DNA from: Nitrospirota bacterium
GTDB lineage: Bacteria > Nitrospirota > UBA9217
DNA: 64,000 bases
Reading direction: 5' to 3'
NCBI GenBank assembly: GCA_963845065.1
Contig: CAWJQQ010000009.1
Span: forward strand, 736,001 to 800,000
Shown: in pieces, positions 43,614 through 54,324 of the stretch
How positions within the stretch are numbered: position 1 is the stretch's first letter
Layout: every line of letters begins with the position of its first letter
Translations under genes and position numbers: made by a program
Notes under the pieces: generated by a model
What the model saw: only the letters and a program-made list of their open reading frames with translations
What the model was told of the DNA's origin: nothing
The model's database searches: none

Positions 43614-44009
43614 TTACTTTATGGCGGCGCTCAGCATTGCGATGATGCGTTCCGGATCTTGGAGCCGTTTGTGCTGCATCTGCTCAACCTGTTGCCGAAG
43701 GTATTCTTCTTGTTCACGAGTTAGAGAAATGAATTTGATACCGGCCCGATACCGGTCGCCGTCTTTTTTACACCACACCAGTGCTCCGCACTTTTGTCCA
43801 TAAAGGTTCTTTTTGAACCAGATGATGCCTGGCTCGATGGGTCGATCGGTTTCGATACCGATGCCGATCACACTATAATCCACAATCTTGACTATATGGT
43901 CTGACCACTCAAGAGTATTAACGGAGATAGCCCCTAGGGAACATGTACGCTCTATAGAGATGGGGCGCCGTTTCACACCCTCTCCTTGATTATTTCTTTT
44001 TTCAGTCAC
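43614..44009 (-). CDS. PilZ-like protein, paralog of 19854-20261
   Basis: KIVDYSVIGIGIETD, YGQKCGALVWC, EYLRQQVEQ; RxxxR motif degenerate. Confidence 0.65.
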   Translation of the reverse strand: MTEKRNNQGEGVKRRPISIERTCSLGAISVNTLEWSDHIVKIVDYSVIGIGIETDRPIEPGIIWFKKNLYGQKCGALVWCKKDGDRYRAGIKFISLTREQEEYLRQQVEQMQHKRLQDPERIIAMLSAAIK

Positions 44010-45687
44010 AATGCGCTTTCTGTAAAAAAAATAGAGTCTGATCTTTAAATGATACTTTGTCAGACGGCCCCTAGAGATATTTTATCAAAATATGTTTTAA
44101 GCCGACACATTATTGGTTGCAAGATTTACAAAAAACATTTATCTATTTTTAAGCGCTTATCAAAGAGTTATCAATCCTTAGAGTTTTGAATTGATACACT
44201 ATGGGCTAATTCCCCACGCCGATGGGTGAAATGCCAATAATGTTAAGGGTTTTCATATTCTTTGATTAGTTTTAGTGTGGCCTCGTCTTAAGATTTTGGT
44301 CGACTACATAATAAATCTTGTTCATCTTCTCTTTCGGCATACAGAAGAATGCGCCGAGCCCAGCCAATTAATCAGTTTTATGGACGACCCCAAGGCTGTA
44401 ATTACAGCTCTGAACCGCCGTCTATGCCGGTGTGAATAGAAAAGGCTTTGCCGCAGTATTTACATAAAAAGTTCTCTTCTAACAATGGTCACCGTTAAGG
44501 CGGTCAATCGTAAGAAAGGATCAAACAGTGGAAGACAGCTTATCACATACCGTGGGGGAATGTAAATACCACGTTGTTGGGTGCCGAAAAATTTGCGTAA
44601 GGTGATATACGTACAGCTAGGACAAAGATTGTCATATTGGTCCGAAATTGTTTGAGTACAAGGGCGTGAAGATTTTAGAAGAGCAGTCATGCTCCGCCGA
44701 AGATAGCATGAAAGTGATTCGTGGTCTTTATGGCTGGTTTCTGCTGTTTTGCTGTCTAAAACAGTGCCACGAGCTTTCGTAAGCAAGACAGTTCTTCAAG
44801 CAAACTCTGATTTATATTTTTTTTATCATTCATAATTTAGCAAATCATGATAAAATCTTCTATAACTTGCTAACGGGGATCAATGCCATCCTTGACTAAG
44901 GATGATTAAGGGGACAGGAAGTCCCCCTAACCTACCGATTTGACCGAATTTTTTGCAACTCCTACGACCACCGCGATTCTCATCTTTTACCAAAGCAATG
45001 TAGCCTACTTGAGTCCACTTGAGCATCAGGAACTTGTGCTCACCCTGAATGAAAAGGCCCACAAAAAAATCCTCGCCAAGACCCGCAAACTTCGCCACAG
45101 TCTGGCCGATTAACTTACGATACCTCATGCACCGTGAATAGCACCGCCCACGCGCTCACCATCGAAATCACACTGCCAGCATTCTCCATGAGCGCTGTAG
45201 GGACGTTCCTGTCTCCCGAGCTGGCTATCGTTCCTTTTTGAGTAAAATATCCAGAAACCTTTTAATCCGCGGATAGAGAAATATTATTCCCGGTGAAAAC
45301 TCTCGTAAATGTATTGTTTTCGGCTCACACTGTCTGAACTGCAGCAAAGCATGTTCTTGAATTGACAAAACTGTAGAAGACTGATACCATCAACAATATC
45401 TATGTGAAACCTTAGGTACAAAAGGTTCAAAAATTGAATAGCTACCATGAAGACATTCGTAGCCGGATGTTTTTGTTTTGGGTTGATCGTAATTAAATTT
45501 TATTCTGCTATATCGCTATATTATTCTATTCCTTTACTAATATATATCTTTTATATATCTTTCTTTCTGTAATGCGTGGCAGGAGTAAATGTATATAGTG
45601 CCAGCACCGGTGTATCCTGTAGATTATCATTTCAATTTTCTTATTAAGAGTTCATTGCAATAAGTATAAGCTGAAAAAATAGCACTA

Positions 45688-47448
45688 ATGCTTGCGGGTC
45701 ATATGGAGATCAAATCTATTATTAATAATAGAACATTGTTTAATAAAGACAACAGCTCCCAGACAGAGGCAATTCTTGCTATTGTTTTGAACAATATTAC
45801 GCAAGGTATGGTCGTTGTTGGGCCAGACTATGCCGTGCAGGCATTCAACAAACAGTTAGAGGAACTTTTCGGGTTGCAACCGGGAACAGTCGAGGTAGGC
45901 TGTAATTTCAGAGATATCCTCAAGGTATGGGCTGATGTGACTGGACAAACACAGGATGTCTTTGACCGGACCGTAAGAGAACTTGACCTGCCCAATAACT
46001 TTGAAATTGAATTTTCGCAAACGCTACAAGGGGTTAATCGATGGTGCCTTCTGACTCATATACCTTTGCCTTCAAAGGGATTTGTGAGGACATATTCTGA
46101 CATCACCGCGAGGAAAAAGGCGGATGAGCAGCATATGTATGATGCCTTCCACGATCCCCTGACGGGCCTCCCGAATCGGGCACTTTTTCTGAACCGACTC
46201 CAACATGTTATTACCGCGTCGCAACGACGGCACGGCACTTATAACTACGCAGTCTTCTTCCTCGACATGGACCGGTTTAAGATCATCAACGATGGCCACG
46301 GTCATACCATTGGAGATCAACTCCTCGTCCTGGTTGGTCGAAAACTGGCTGATTGCATCCGGCCCGGAGATACTATCGCGCGACTCGGAGGTGATGAATT
46401 TGCCATTCTCCTGCAGAACATCGATGATCCCGCTTACACGGTCATCGTCGCCGAGCGGATCCGGGAGAAATTGACTGTTCCGCTCGATATCAAAGGACGT
46501 AAAATATTTACCTCGATCAGCATCGGAATCGCGTTAGGCTCGGAAGGTTATGAACGACCGGAACAGGTCCTCCGCGACGCGGACATCGCGATGTACGAGG
46601 CAAAAGGTCGGGGAAACGCATCGTATGAGATCTTCGATATCAAGCTGCATGCCAATATCCTGGACCGGATGCAGCTGGTGGCCGATTTGCGAGGAGCAGT
46701 CGATAATAAGGAGCTTACTCTCTACTATCAGCCCATCATCGACCTGACAACACAACAGTTGATGGGATTTGAAGCGCTCGTCCGCTGGAATCATCCGACG
46801 CGGGGCCTCATCTACCCCATGGAGTTCATCCCCTTAGCAGAGGAGCACGGACTCATCTATCATATCGGAGCATGGATTCTTCACGAAGCCTGCCGTGAGC
46901 TGAAATTGCTTCAGGTGCGGTACCCCGCGCAGCCACCGCTCAATATGAGCATCAATATTTCAAGCAGACAATTCTCACAACAGGACCTTGTTGGCATGCT
47001 CTTCGGGTTTCTCACAGAGACGGGCGTAGATCCTAGCACCTTGATACTGGAAATAACCGAGAGCATGATCATGGAAAACGTCGATGCTGCAGTACAGACA
47101 ATGAAGCGTCTGCGAAACATGGAGATTCGGATTCATATTGATGATTTCGGAACGGGCCATTCATCACTTAGCTATCTGCAACTCTTTCCGGTCAGTGCGC
47201 TCAAGATCGACCGTAGTTTTATCAACAAACTTACCACTAACGGTAAGAATCAGGAGATCATCACACACATTGTTTCCTTGGCCAAGAGTCTGAATTTCGA
47301 TGTGATTGCCGAGGGAGTGGAAATGGAGCACCAGTTAGCCAATGTTCAGGATCTGCACTGCGGCTACGGCCAGGGCTTTCTCTTTGCCCGTCCCATGGCG
47401 TTTAATGCTATTGATGCATGGATGCAAAAACAGAAACGTAAAATGTGA
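45688..47448 (+). CDS. PAS-GGDEF-EAL protein
   Basis: LNNITQGMVVV..FN (PAS), GFVRTYSDIT; FKIINDGHGH, GGDEF; EAL, DDFGTG. Confidence 0.93.
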   Translation: MLAGHMEIKSIINNRTLFNKDNSSQTEAILAIVLNNITQGMVVVGPDYAVQAFNKQLEELFGLQPGTVEVGCNFRDILKVWADVTGQTQDVFDRTVRELDLPNNFEIEFSQTLQGVNRWCLLTHIPLPSKGFVRTYSDITARKKADEQHMYDAFHDPLTGLPNRALFLNRLQHVITASQRRHGTYNYAVFFLDMDRFKIINDGHGHTIGDQLLVLVGRKLADCIRPGDTIARLGGDEFAILLQNIDDPAYTVIVAERIREKLTVPLDIKGRKIFTSISIGIALGSEGYERPEQVLRDADIAMYEAKGRGNASYEIFDIKLHANILDRMQLVADLRGAVDNKELTLYYQPIIDLTTQQLMGFEALVRWNHPTRGLIYPMEFIPLAEEHGLIYHIGAWILHEACRELKLLQVRYPAQPPLNMSINISSRQFSQQDLVGMLFGFLTETGVDPSTLILEITESMIMENVDAAVQTMKRLRNMEIRIHIDDFGTGHSSLSYLQLFPVSALKIDRSFINKLTTNGKNQEIITHIVSLAKSLNFDVIAEGVEMEHQLANVQDLHCGYGQGFLFARPMAFNAIDAWMQKQKRKM

Positions 47449-47723
47449 AACAAAAATATGCGGGCGTTACGCCATTGCGACCACATGTATTGATTCATTT
47501 TTGAGAAAGTCCTGAATTCTTCTACGGTGGTCTTAATACCACAAGCTTTCCAATCCCCTCCTGTAATCCCCTCAGACCTCAGAAGCATATCCCGCGTGAT
47601 TTACAGTCAGAACACAGGCGCTTGGGAAATTCTAGCCGATGTTGTTCGGCCTTCTGATGATAAAGGTATTAAATCGGCAGAGCAATAAGTACACCAGAAT
47701 GATAAACTTGAAGAATCCTAAAC

Positions 47724-49098
47724 GGCTCTTGGCACGATACTATGGGCTGAAATGCGTTGAAAAAACACCCGGAAAGCGTTAACTTCTTGCAAATGACTAG
47801 CCATCATTAAGCAAGGAGGGGCCTTCCGGATGCAGTTAGATTATCTCACACGGTTATTAGGAATTCAAGGGCATCATGTGACGGAGTTCGATATAGGATA
47901 CCGAAAGGAACATATATCGGTCATTGTTACGATAGCGCGGGATCATGAAACTCATACGTGCGCAAAGTGCGGTGTGATAGACATCGGTGGATACGACAGC
48001 AAGGAATTTGAGGTCCGCCATTTATTGTTTTGGAGTGCCCCAACATTTATCCGATTCGAGCGCTACCGTGGCAGCTGTAAAGAGTGCGGGATTCTATCGG
48101 AACCCCTTAGTTTTGTGGATGTCCGAGGACCACGGGTCACCGCAGAATTGGCGCATGTAACCAAGGAATTGTGCAAAGTGACAACGGTCAAGGCCGTGGG
48201 CGATATCCTGATGCTGCACCGACATACGGTCAAAGCGATCGATAAACAGGCGTTACAGGAAGAGCAGGCAAACCGCCCTTTGGACGGCATAACCGTATTG
48301 GGCATGGATGAACTTTCCCATGGAAAGGGCAAGGGACATAAGTATAAGCACATGATAAGCGCCCTAGATGGACCTCGTGGCCCAGAGATGCTGTTTGTGG
48401 GGAAAGGGCGAAAAGAACGCAACTTGAGCAAGTTCTGGAAGTGGTTTGGCAAAGAGCGTGCTCGTATAATCACCCATGCAGTAATGGACATGTGGAAGCC
48501 GTTCCGCAACAGCGTTCGCAAGCACTGTCCGAGTGCGCAGATTATTTACGATAAGTTTCACGTCATCCAACACTTACTAAAAGCTCTTAATGCTGTGCGC
48601 GTACAGGAGATCCGAAAGGCCGGGAAATGGATGAAAGGCCGACTGTCGGGGAAAAAGTTTATTCTGCTTTCCCGTCAAGCCCATGTACGAGGAAATGCGC
48701 GGGCAGAGCTTAATGACGCATTGCGAGCAAATAAGCGATTGTTTAAGTCGCATTTGATGAAAGAAACGTTCGGACACTTGTGGAGCTATGAATCAAAAAC
48801 ATGGGCACGCAAGTTCTTTCGAGGTTGGGTAGACCAACTTAAATGGAGTCGTCTGAAGCCAATGCAAAAATTTGCACGTATGGTGGAAAAGCATCTGGAT
48901 GGTATTTTAGCGTATTGCGATAATAAAGCGCCGCTTGGATTTATTGAGGCTGCAAACGCTAAGGCGAGAAATGTAATTCGCCGCGCATACGGCTATCGAG
49001 ACAATGCCTATCTGGATTTGAAGATCATTCAGACTTGCACTCCCTGGATGAACCGATTTAAACCATGGTCTTTTACCCATAGTAGGGTGCCATGAGCC
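47724..49098 (+). mobile_element. ISL3-family insertion sequence, complete
   Basis: IRs GGCTCTTGGCACGATACTATGG / CCATAGTAGGGTGCCATGAGCC; 8-bp TSD TCCTAAAC. Confidence 0.93.
47830..49095 (+). CDS. ISL3-family transposase
   Basis: Zn finger CAKC/CKEC, GMDE, MDMW, YDKFHV, EAAN..RRAYGYR. Confidence 0.93.
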   Translation: MQLDYLTRLLGIQGHHVTEFDIGYRKEHISVIVTIARDHETHTCAKCGVIDIGGYDSKEFEVRHLLFWSAPTFIRFERYRGSCKECGILSEPLSFVDVRGPRVTAELAHVTKELCKVTTVKAVGDILMLHRHTVKAIDKQALQEEQANRPLDGITVLGMDELSHGKGKGHKYKHMISALDGPRGPEMLFVGKGRKERNLSKFWKWFGKERARIITHAVMDMWKPFRNSVRKHCPSAQIIYDKFHVIQHLLKALNAVRVQEIRKAGKWMKGRLSGKKFILLSRQAHVRGNARAELNDALRANKRLFKSHLMKETFGHLWSYESKTWARKFFRGWVDQLKWSRLKPMQKFARMVEKHLDGILAYCDNKAPLGFIEAANAKARNVIRRAYGYRDNAYLDLKIIQTCTPWMNRFKPWSFTHSRVP

Positions 49099-49202
49099 TC
49101 CTAAACAAATGCTCAGAATGACATGATATACTATAAATCTATGTGCCTAGCGTAAACGCATGACGTTTTTTATGTAACATAGTTAAAAACAGGAGGTAAT
49201 TT

Positions 49203-50228
49203 ATGGAACATTCACGCAGGACCTTTCTCAAAATGGCTGGTGCAGCGGGGATTGCAGTTGTTGCTGGGAAAACCATCGTGCAGGCAGGAGTGCAGCCAGC
49301 GCAGTCGACGAACTATACCATCAGCCGGGAACTTCCGAATCAGATGACATTTTGTACACTCCGCCGCGATGGCCGATCCATGCTCGGCATCCGCACATCA
49401 AAAGGAGTCCTTGACGTGGAGATGGCAGCTAATCTCCTTGGCAAGAGTGCGCCAGCCACAATTGACGAAGTACTACAAGGCGCGAACCCCCAGGTCCTCC
49501 GGACCTTGGTCGATTCGGCGCTTTCGTCCGGCACGGCAAAGGCAGCGTTCATCGATGAAAGCAAGGTTTCATTTGGGCCCTGTGTAACGAACCCGGAAAA
49601 AATCATCTGTCTCGGCTACAATTATAAAAAGCATGTTGCGGAGATGCACATCCCGACACCTACGTCGCCGGTCCTGTTCAACAAGTTTAACAATGCGCTC
49701 AATTTTCACAACGGCGTCATCAATCTGCCGCAAGATGTGGCAAAAAAATTCGATTATGAGGTTGAACTGGTGATCGTGATGGGCAGGACGGCGCGAAACG
49801 TAAGCAAAGCTGACGCGCTCTCGTACGTCTTTGGCTACTGCACGGGCAATGATTTCTCAGCGCGAGACCTGCAGTTCAAGACAAGCCAGTTGATGATGGG
49901 CAAGACCTGTGATGGTTTTGCACCCATTGGCCCGTGGCTGATCACCGCGGACCAGGTCCCGGACCCGCAGAACCTCAAGCTCGAGTGCCGCGTGAACGGG
50001 GATGTGCGTCAGTCGTCGAACACCAGCGATATGATCTTCGATTGCAAGACAATCGTCAGCTATATCTCCCAGCTCTGGACGCTTAAGCCGGGGGACATCA
50101 TCTTTACAGGTACCCCTGAGGGTGTGATTCTGGGCTATCCGCCCGAGAAGCAGGTATGGCTTAAACCGGGCGATCAGATAACAACGTCAATCGAGAAACT
50201 GGGAGAGCATCGCTTCACGCTGGCATAG
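49203..50228 (+). CDS. fumarylacetoacetate hydrolase family protein with Tat signal
   Basis: SRRTFLK twin-arginine signal; GYNYKKH, DYEVEL, NDFSARD, GKTCDGF, TGTPEGV. Confidence 0.92.
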   Translation: MEHSRRTFLKMAGAAGIAVVAGKTIVQAGVQPAQSTNYTISRELPNQMTFCTLRRDGRSMLGIRTSKGVLDVEMAANLLGKSAPATIDEVLQGANPQVLRTLVDSALSSGTAKAAFIDESKVSFGPCVTNPEKIICLGYNYKKHVAEMHIPTPTSPVLFNKFNNALNFHNGVINLPQDVAKKFDYEVELVIVMGRTARNVSKADALSYVFGYCTGNDFSARDLQFKTSQLMMGKTCDGFAPIGPWLITADQVPDPQNLKLECRVNGDVRQSSNTSDMIFDCKTIVSYISQLWTLKPGDIIFTGTPEGVILGYPPEKQVWLKPGDQITTSIEKLGEHRFTLA

Positions 50229-50888
50229 CAGCAGGTGTGAAGGCGAGCCTTTTCCATGCGGGCACTACAGAAATTGATTATTGAATCTAACCCCGGCAAA
50301 GTGTGGTGCCTCCGGTCGTGCATTACTCCTCTCTCTAATATGGGAGCAGACCCTCTAGAGGGCATTCATTTGAATATTCTCGGTCAGGTGAAGAAGGACG
50401 CCTTTCGTGACGAGAAAATAAAATTGTTCGTCGATACTTACTCAATCATCGATTTTCTCTACTATTGCCATTGTTTTTCATTCAGTTCCGATGTCAGTTT
50501 TTTACTGAATGAGTTGCCTATTTTTTAAATTAAAGCCTTGTAATGTCGCTTTGTACAGCCTCATCCCTTCGGCTCTAATCGGTCTGGATTTAGTGGATAG
50601 TTTTCCATAGCGCCATTCCTCATGTTATGTCTTAGGAGAAAGTGAAAATGCATGTCAACCCTGAACGGTGCAGGACTAACGCTCCGTTTCACAAGAAGAT
50701 AGTGTCACATGCGCTTCTTGTGCTCTGTGAGAGAAAGTGAATCGTTTGGAAGTCCGCTTGAGTATATATCCGTACGAATTTGTGGATGTGCGTATAAGAT
50801 CACAACTACCTTCTAGACTAGCCAGCCACGTAGAATAAACATAATGTTGCAATTTGAAATTCCTTACAGACAGAAATGGGAGGATATC

Positions 50889-51203
50889 TTGATAAAACGA
50901 AACGCCACGTTCAAGTTCCTGGTTTGCATTTTATTTATAACCTTATTCCTTGGGTGCGCAGCCACCCAGAGTCACGAAAGTACGGGTCAGTATATCGATG
51001 ACTCAGTGATCACAACCAAGGTAAAGGCCGCAATCCTGAACGAGTCATCATTGAAACTGTTTCAGATTAGTGTCAAGACGTACCAAGGTGTAGTCAAGCT
51101 AAGCGGTTTTGTTGATTCGGTAAAGAAGGTAAAAAAAGCAGAAGAGGTTGCCGGCAACGTTGGAGGCGTCAAAGGGGTGAAAAACGAGCTGGTTGTGAAG
51201 TAG
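50889..51203 (+). CDS. BON-domain lipoprotein (OsmY-like)
   Basis: GGAGG RBS plus TTG; lipobox FLGC; IDDSVITTKVKA, GVVKLSGFV, VKNELVVK. Confidence 0.9.
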   Translation: MIKRNATFKFLVCILFITLFLGCAATQSHESTGQYIDDSVITTKVKAAILNESSLKLFQISVKTYQGVVKLSGFVDSVKKVKKAEEVAGNVGGVKGVKNELVVK

Positions 51204-52115
51204 GTTCAATACCTCAGTTGATTTTGACGACCGGGTTCGGCATGCATTACCTGCAAAATTGAGAATCCGGACAGTAATCAAGAAATAGAGATATCCTGAG
51301 ACGGTCATCTTCAAAGTGATAAAGTTAATCGTGCTGCTATGCTGTCCAGGTCAAGAAGGGAGGAGGGGGCATGTCGTGGAAGTTGTTTCTATCTGTGCGT
51401 TCCTTTAAACAGTGTTGGCTAAAGCAATGCCAGACGTAGTCACACTGCGTCCAATATATCCTAACTCTCCGGTGTTCTGGCCTCGGTATGCAGAAATTAC
51501 ATGGGTGCTTTTCCTCATGAAGGAATTGAGATCAGCAGGTCCAGTCCTTGGCCCTTTCCACATCCTCCGAAATCTCACAGCCAACAAAAAACATTGCTGA
51601 GCCAGTTTATCGACGCCAAATCAACGCTTACCTGCAATCATGACCAAGTTGCGAGGAACACGCCATTTACTTTTCTAAAGCTCGTCGTATCTGATTCTCT
51701 GACGCACTCAGTTCGCTGCATGTGGGGTTTCTCGCGCAGGGCTCCTAAATAGTCCAATTGTCCAGTCTGTTAATGTGGGTAAGAACATTCAAATAGATAT
51801 ATACGTAAAATTCCAATCGTATTTCAGGGGAGATATTTAACACCACGGCAACTATAAAGGAAAACGAATGATTGTTTGTGTACACGAAAACGATTGAAAG
51901 TCCGATATGCTAAGGCAAACGAATATACAAGCAGTTGTGCACTGGTAGAGCTGTGACTAACTGAGACAATTACACTTGTTGATCCAGGACAAACACAAGA
52001 CAAGGAAACTACTGTACAAGGTGAAGCTTGTGTGCTAATTTACCAAACTATCCGCGGAAAGCCCCTGGTTTTAACCATGGGGATGAATGCGGGAACTTTG
52101 TTTTTCATAAATTGC

Positions 52116-52144
52116 TGGACAAATGTATATCTATATGGTATAGT
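52116..52144 (+). promoter_or_regulatory. sigma70-like promoter for tnpB
   Basis: TGGACA-17 bp-TATAGT with extended TG, about 10 nt before ATG 52155. Confidence 0.55.
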
Positions 52145-52154
52145 TGAGCAATCA

Positions 52155-53708
52155 ATGCCAGATAAACTTAAAACTCCAACATTTATCCACGAGTTTCAAC
52201 TCGTAACAACCCCAAAAGACAATCGAATGCTTAATGTCCGACTCGAAGCTGGTCGTTATCTATATAATGCCTGTCTTGGTGAAGCGATGAAACGTCTTGC
52301 CGCCATGCGTAGCTCTAAAAAATGGCGCTTGGCGATCAAGAAGAAAAAGAGCAAGCTACGCACTATAATGTTCAAGACAGCCAGAAACATAGCTGAATAT
52401 ACCGAATACCATCTCCATGATTATGTCGGGAGCCTCCGCAATTCGTGTTGGATCGGAGACCATATTGACAGCCTGGCCGCCCAAAAGATAGCGACCAAGT
52501 CGTTTAATGCCGTTGCTGACTACGAGTTCGGGAAGCATGGGAAACCACGGTTCAAGCGTCGTGGCTGGATGTCTTCGCTCGAAGGCAAAAACAACAAGTC
52601 TGGTATTCGGTGGTGCGATGACCATGTTGAATGGTCTGGACTTAGCCTTACCTGTGTCTTCGACAAAAAAGACAAGTTTGGCGTTCAGGCACATGCGCTT
52701 TGCCATGATGTTAAATATGTTCGTTTGGTGAAGAAAACCATCTGCGGCAACGCCTGCTGGTTCGCCCAACTCGTGCTTAAAGGCACGGCCAGGATCAAGC
52801 GTGAGAACCAGATCGGCACCGAAACCGTTGGCCTTGACATTGGTCCATCCACGGGTGCTATCGTTAGCGATACCGATGCGTTGCTCGTAGCATTTTGTCC
52901 GGAAGTCGAGATTCCGTACAAACAAATCCGCGTGGTTCAGCGTAAGATGGCCAGAAGCCTGAAGGCTGCCAACCCGGACAACTACAACGAAGACGGCACG
53001 ACTAAGACCGGTGCCGGGAAGGGTAAAAAGCGGTGGATATTCTCTGCTCAATACCGTGCGCTTAAGGCTGAACTAGCCGAGCTACAGCGAGTTTTGGCTG
53101 AAACCAGAAAACGGGCTCATGGCACGTTAGCCAATGAAATTCTTAAGCTCGGAACCAACATAAAGACCGAGAAACTGTCGTACAGAGCATTCCAGAAACT
53201 CTATGGTAAAAGTATTTCAAGACGCGCTCCGGGGATGTTTATTTCGATGCTTCGCCGCAAAGCCGAAAACGCTGGCGGTAAAGTAACTGAATTTTCTACC
53301 CGGAGCACGAAGCTTTCAGAGACATGCCACTGCGGGGAAGTAGCCAAAAAACCGCTATCCCAAAGATGGCATGACTGTAACTGCGGGGTAACCGCTCAAC
53401 GCGATCTCTACTCCGCATATCTTGCAAAATATGTTTTTGAAAATGTCCTCGACACGCGTCAAGCCGCAGCAGCTTGGCCGGGTGCAAACCTGCTCCTGGA
53501 ACGGGCGGTGTTGAGGGTGCAGTTTGAAGCGGCAAATGGCCGAATTCACCCGGCCAGCTTCGGTATTAACAACATGAGAGCCAACACCACGAACCGGAGA
53601 CAGAGTTGCTTGCCCGTTAAAAACGGATCAACGATAGTCGATGCCGGCAACCTCTGTATTGTTGCCGGAAAGCCTGTCGGTATTGCCGTTAGAACTCCCT
53701 GTCTTTAG
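52155..53708 (+). CDS. tnpB: RNA-guided endonuclease TnpB (about 517 aa), RuvC triad intact
   Basis: GLDIG (D), KTEKL (E), QRDLYSA (D); CHC/CNC Zn site; GKPRFK; the ORF-track start 52032 lies outside the left end. Confidence 0.9.
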   Translation: MPDKLKTPTFIHEFQLVTTPKDNRMLNVRLEAGRYLYNACLGEAMKRLAAMRSSKKWRLAIKKKKSKLRTIMFKTARNIAEYTEYHLHDYVGSLRNSCWIGDHIDSLAAQKIATKSFNAVADYEFGKHGKPRFKRRGWMSSLEGKNNKSGIRWCDDHVEWSGLSLTCVFDKKDKFGVQAHALCHDVKYVRLVKKTICGNACWFAQLVLKGTARIKRENQIGTETVGLDIGPSTGAIVSDTDALLVAFCPEVEIPYKQIRVVQRKMARSLKAANPDNYNEDGTTKTGAGKGKKRWIFSAQYRALKAELAELQRVLAETRKRAHGTLANEILKLGTNIKTEKLSYRAFQKLYGKSISRRAPGMFISMLRRKAENAGGKVTEFSTRSTKLSETCHCGEVAKKPLSQRWHDCNCGVTAQRDLYSAYLAKYVFENVLDTRQAAAAWPGANLLLERAVLRVQFEAANGRIHPASFGINNMRANTTNRRQSCLPVKNGSTIVDAGNLCIVAGKPVGIAVRTPCL

Positions 53709-53745
53709 ACATGGGGTAGGTCAGAAGACTCTTATGACTATTAAA
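53540..53745 (+). ncRNA. predicted omegaRNA (scaffold overlapping the tnpB 3' end plus flank-derived guide AAGACTCTTATGAC...)
   Basis: Established TnpB architecture; hairpin GCCGGCAAC...GTTGCCGG; 5' boundary approximate. Confidence 0.65.
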
Positions 53746-54111
53746 ACGAAAAATATGCTTGTTGTGGATGATGAACCAGCTATTCTCCAGCTTGTCGCTG
53801 AAACCTTCGCAGCACCGGAGTTTCATATTTATACAGCCAAAGATGGAGTAGAGGCATTGAGGTTGATTGACGATTCTTCTACAGCTATCGATATTCTCCT
53901 TGTTGATGTGGTTATGCCGAGACTGAACGGACCTGAGCTTGTCCGTGTCATTTTATCCTACCATCCGGAAATAAAAATAATTTTCATGTCAGGCTACTCG
54001 GATGATGTTCTTGATCAATACGGAATTGTTGCAAGTAGAATACGATATATAAAGAAGCCGTTTACTCCAGCCATTTTGGTGCAGGCAGTCCGTGAAGAAT
54101 TAAGCAAATAA
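53734..54111 (+). CDS. single-domain response regulator (REC)
   Basis: VVDDE, LVDVVMP, FMSGY, KKPF; ATG at 53734 just past the IS end. Confidence 0.9.
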   Translation: MTIKTKNMLVVDDEPAILQLVAETFAAPEFHIYTAKDGVEALRLIDDSSTAIDILLVDVVMPRLNGPELVRVILSYHPEIKIIFMSGYSDDVLDQYGIVASRIRYIKKPFTPAILVQAVREELSK

Positions 54112-54324
54112 TTATTGCGACCATCAAGGCAAAGCTTCATCGCCCTATCGTTGGAGATCGCAATACCTGTACGGTAAATAGAGAACTCGACAAATGGCAT
54201 GCCTGCTTCGGCGTTGAGTATGCGCCAATTCCCAGACCTGCATCTGATGAGGCCATCGGGATAGACGTAGGTATCTATACCTTCGCTGTCATTTCTGAGG
54301 GCGAAGCGATTACCTTGCCAAATC

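Larger units (their letters stand above)
52044..53724 (+). mobile_element. tnpB-only IS200/IS605 (IS1341-type) element with IS608-like ends
   Basis: TTAC target then CAAACTATCCGCGGAAAG-CCCCTGGTTTTAACCATGGGG left hairpin; right end GAAC-TCCCTGTCTTTAGACATGGGG-TAGGTCAG. Confidence 0.88.

Noticed and set aside
52032..52154. 41-aa N-terminal extension of TnpB in the ORF track
   Set aside because: It runs through the left-end hairpin and promoter; the true start is probably 52155
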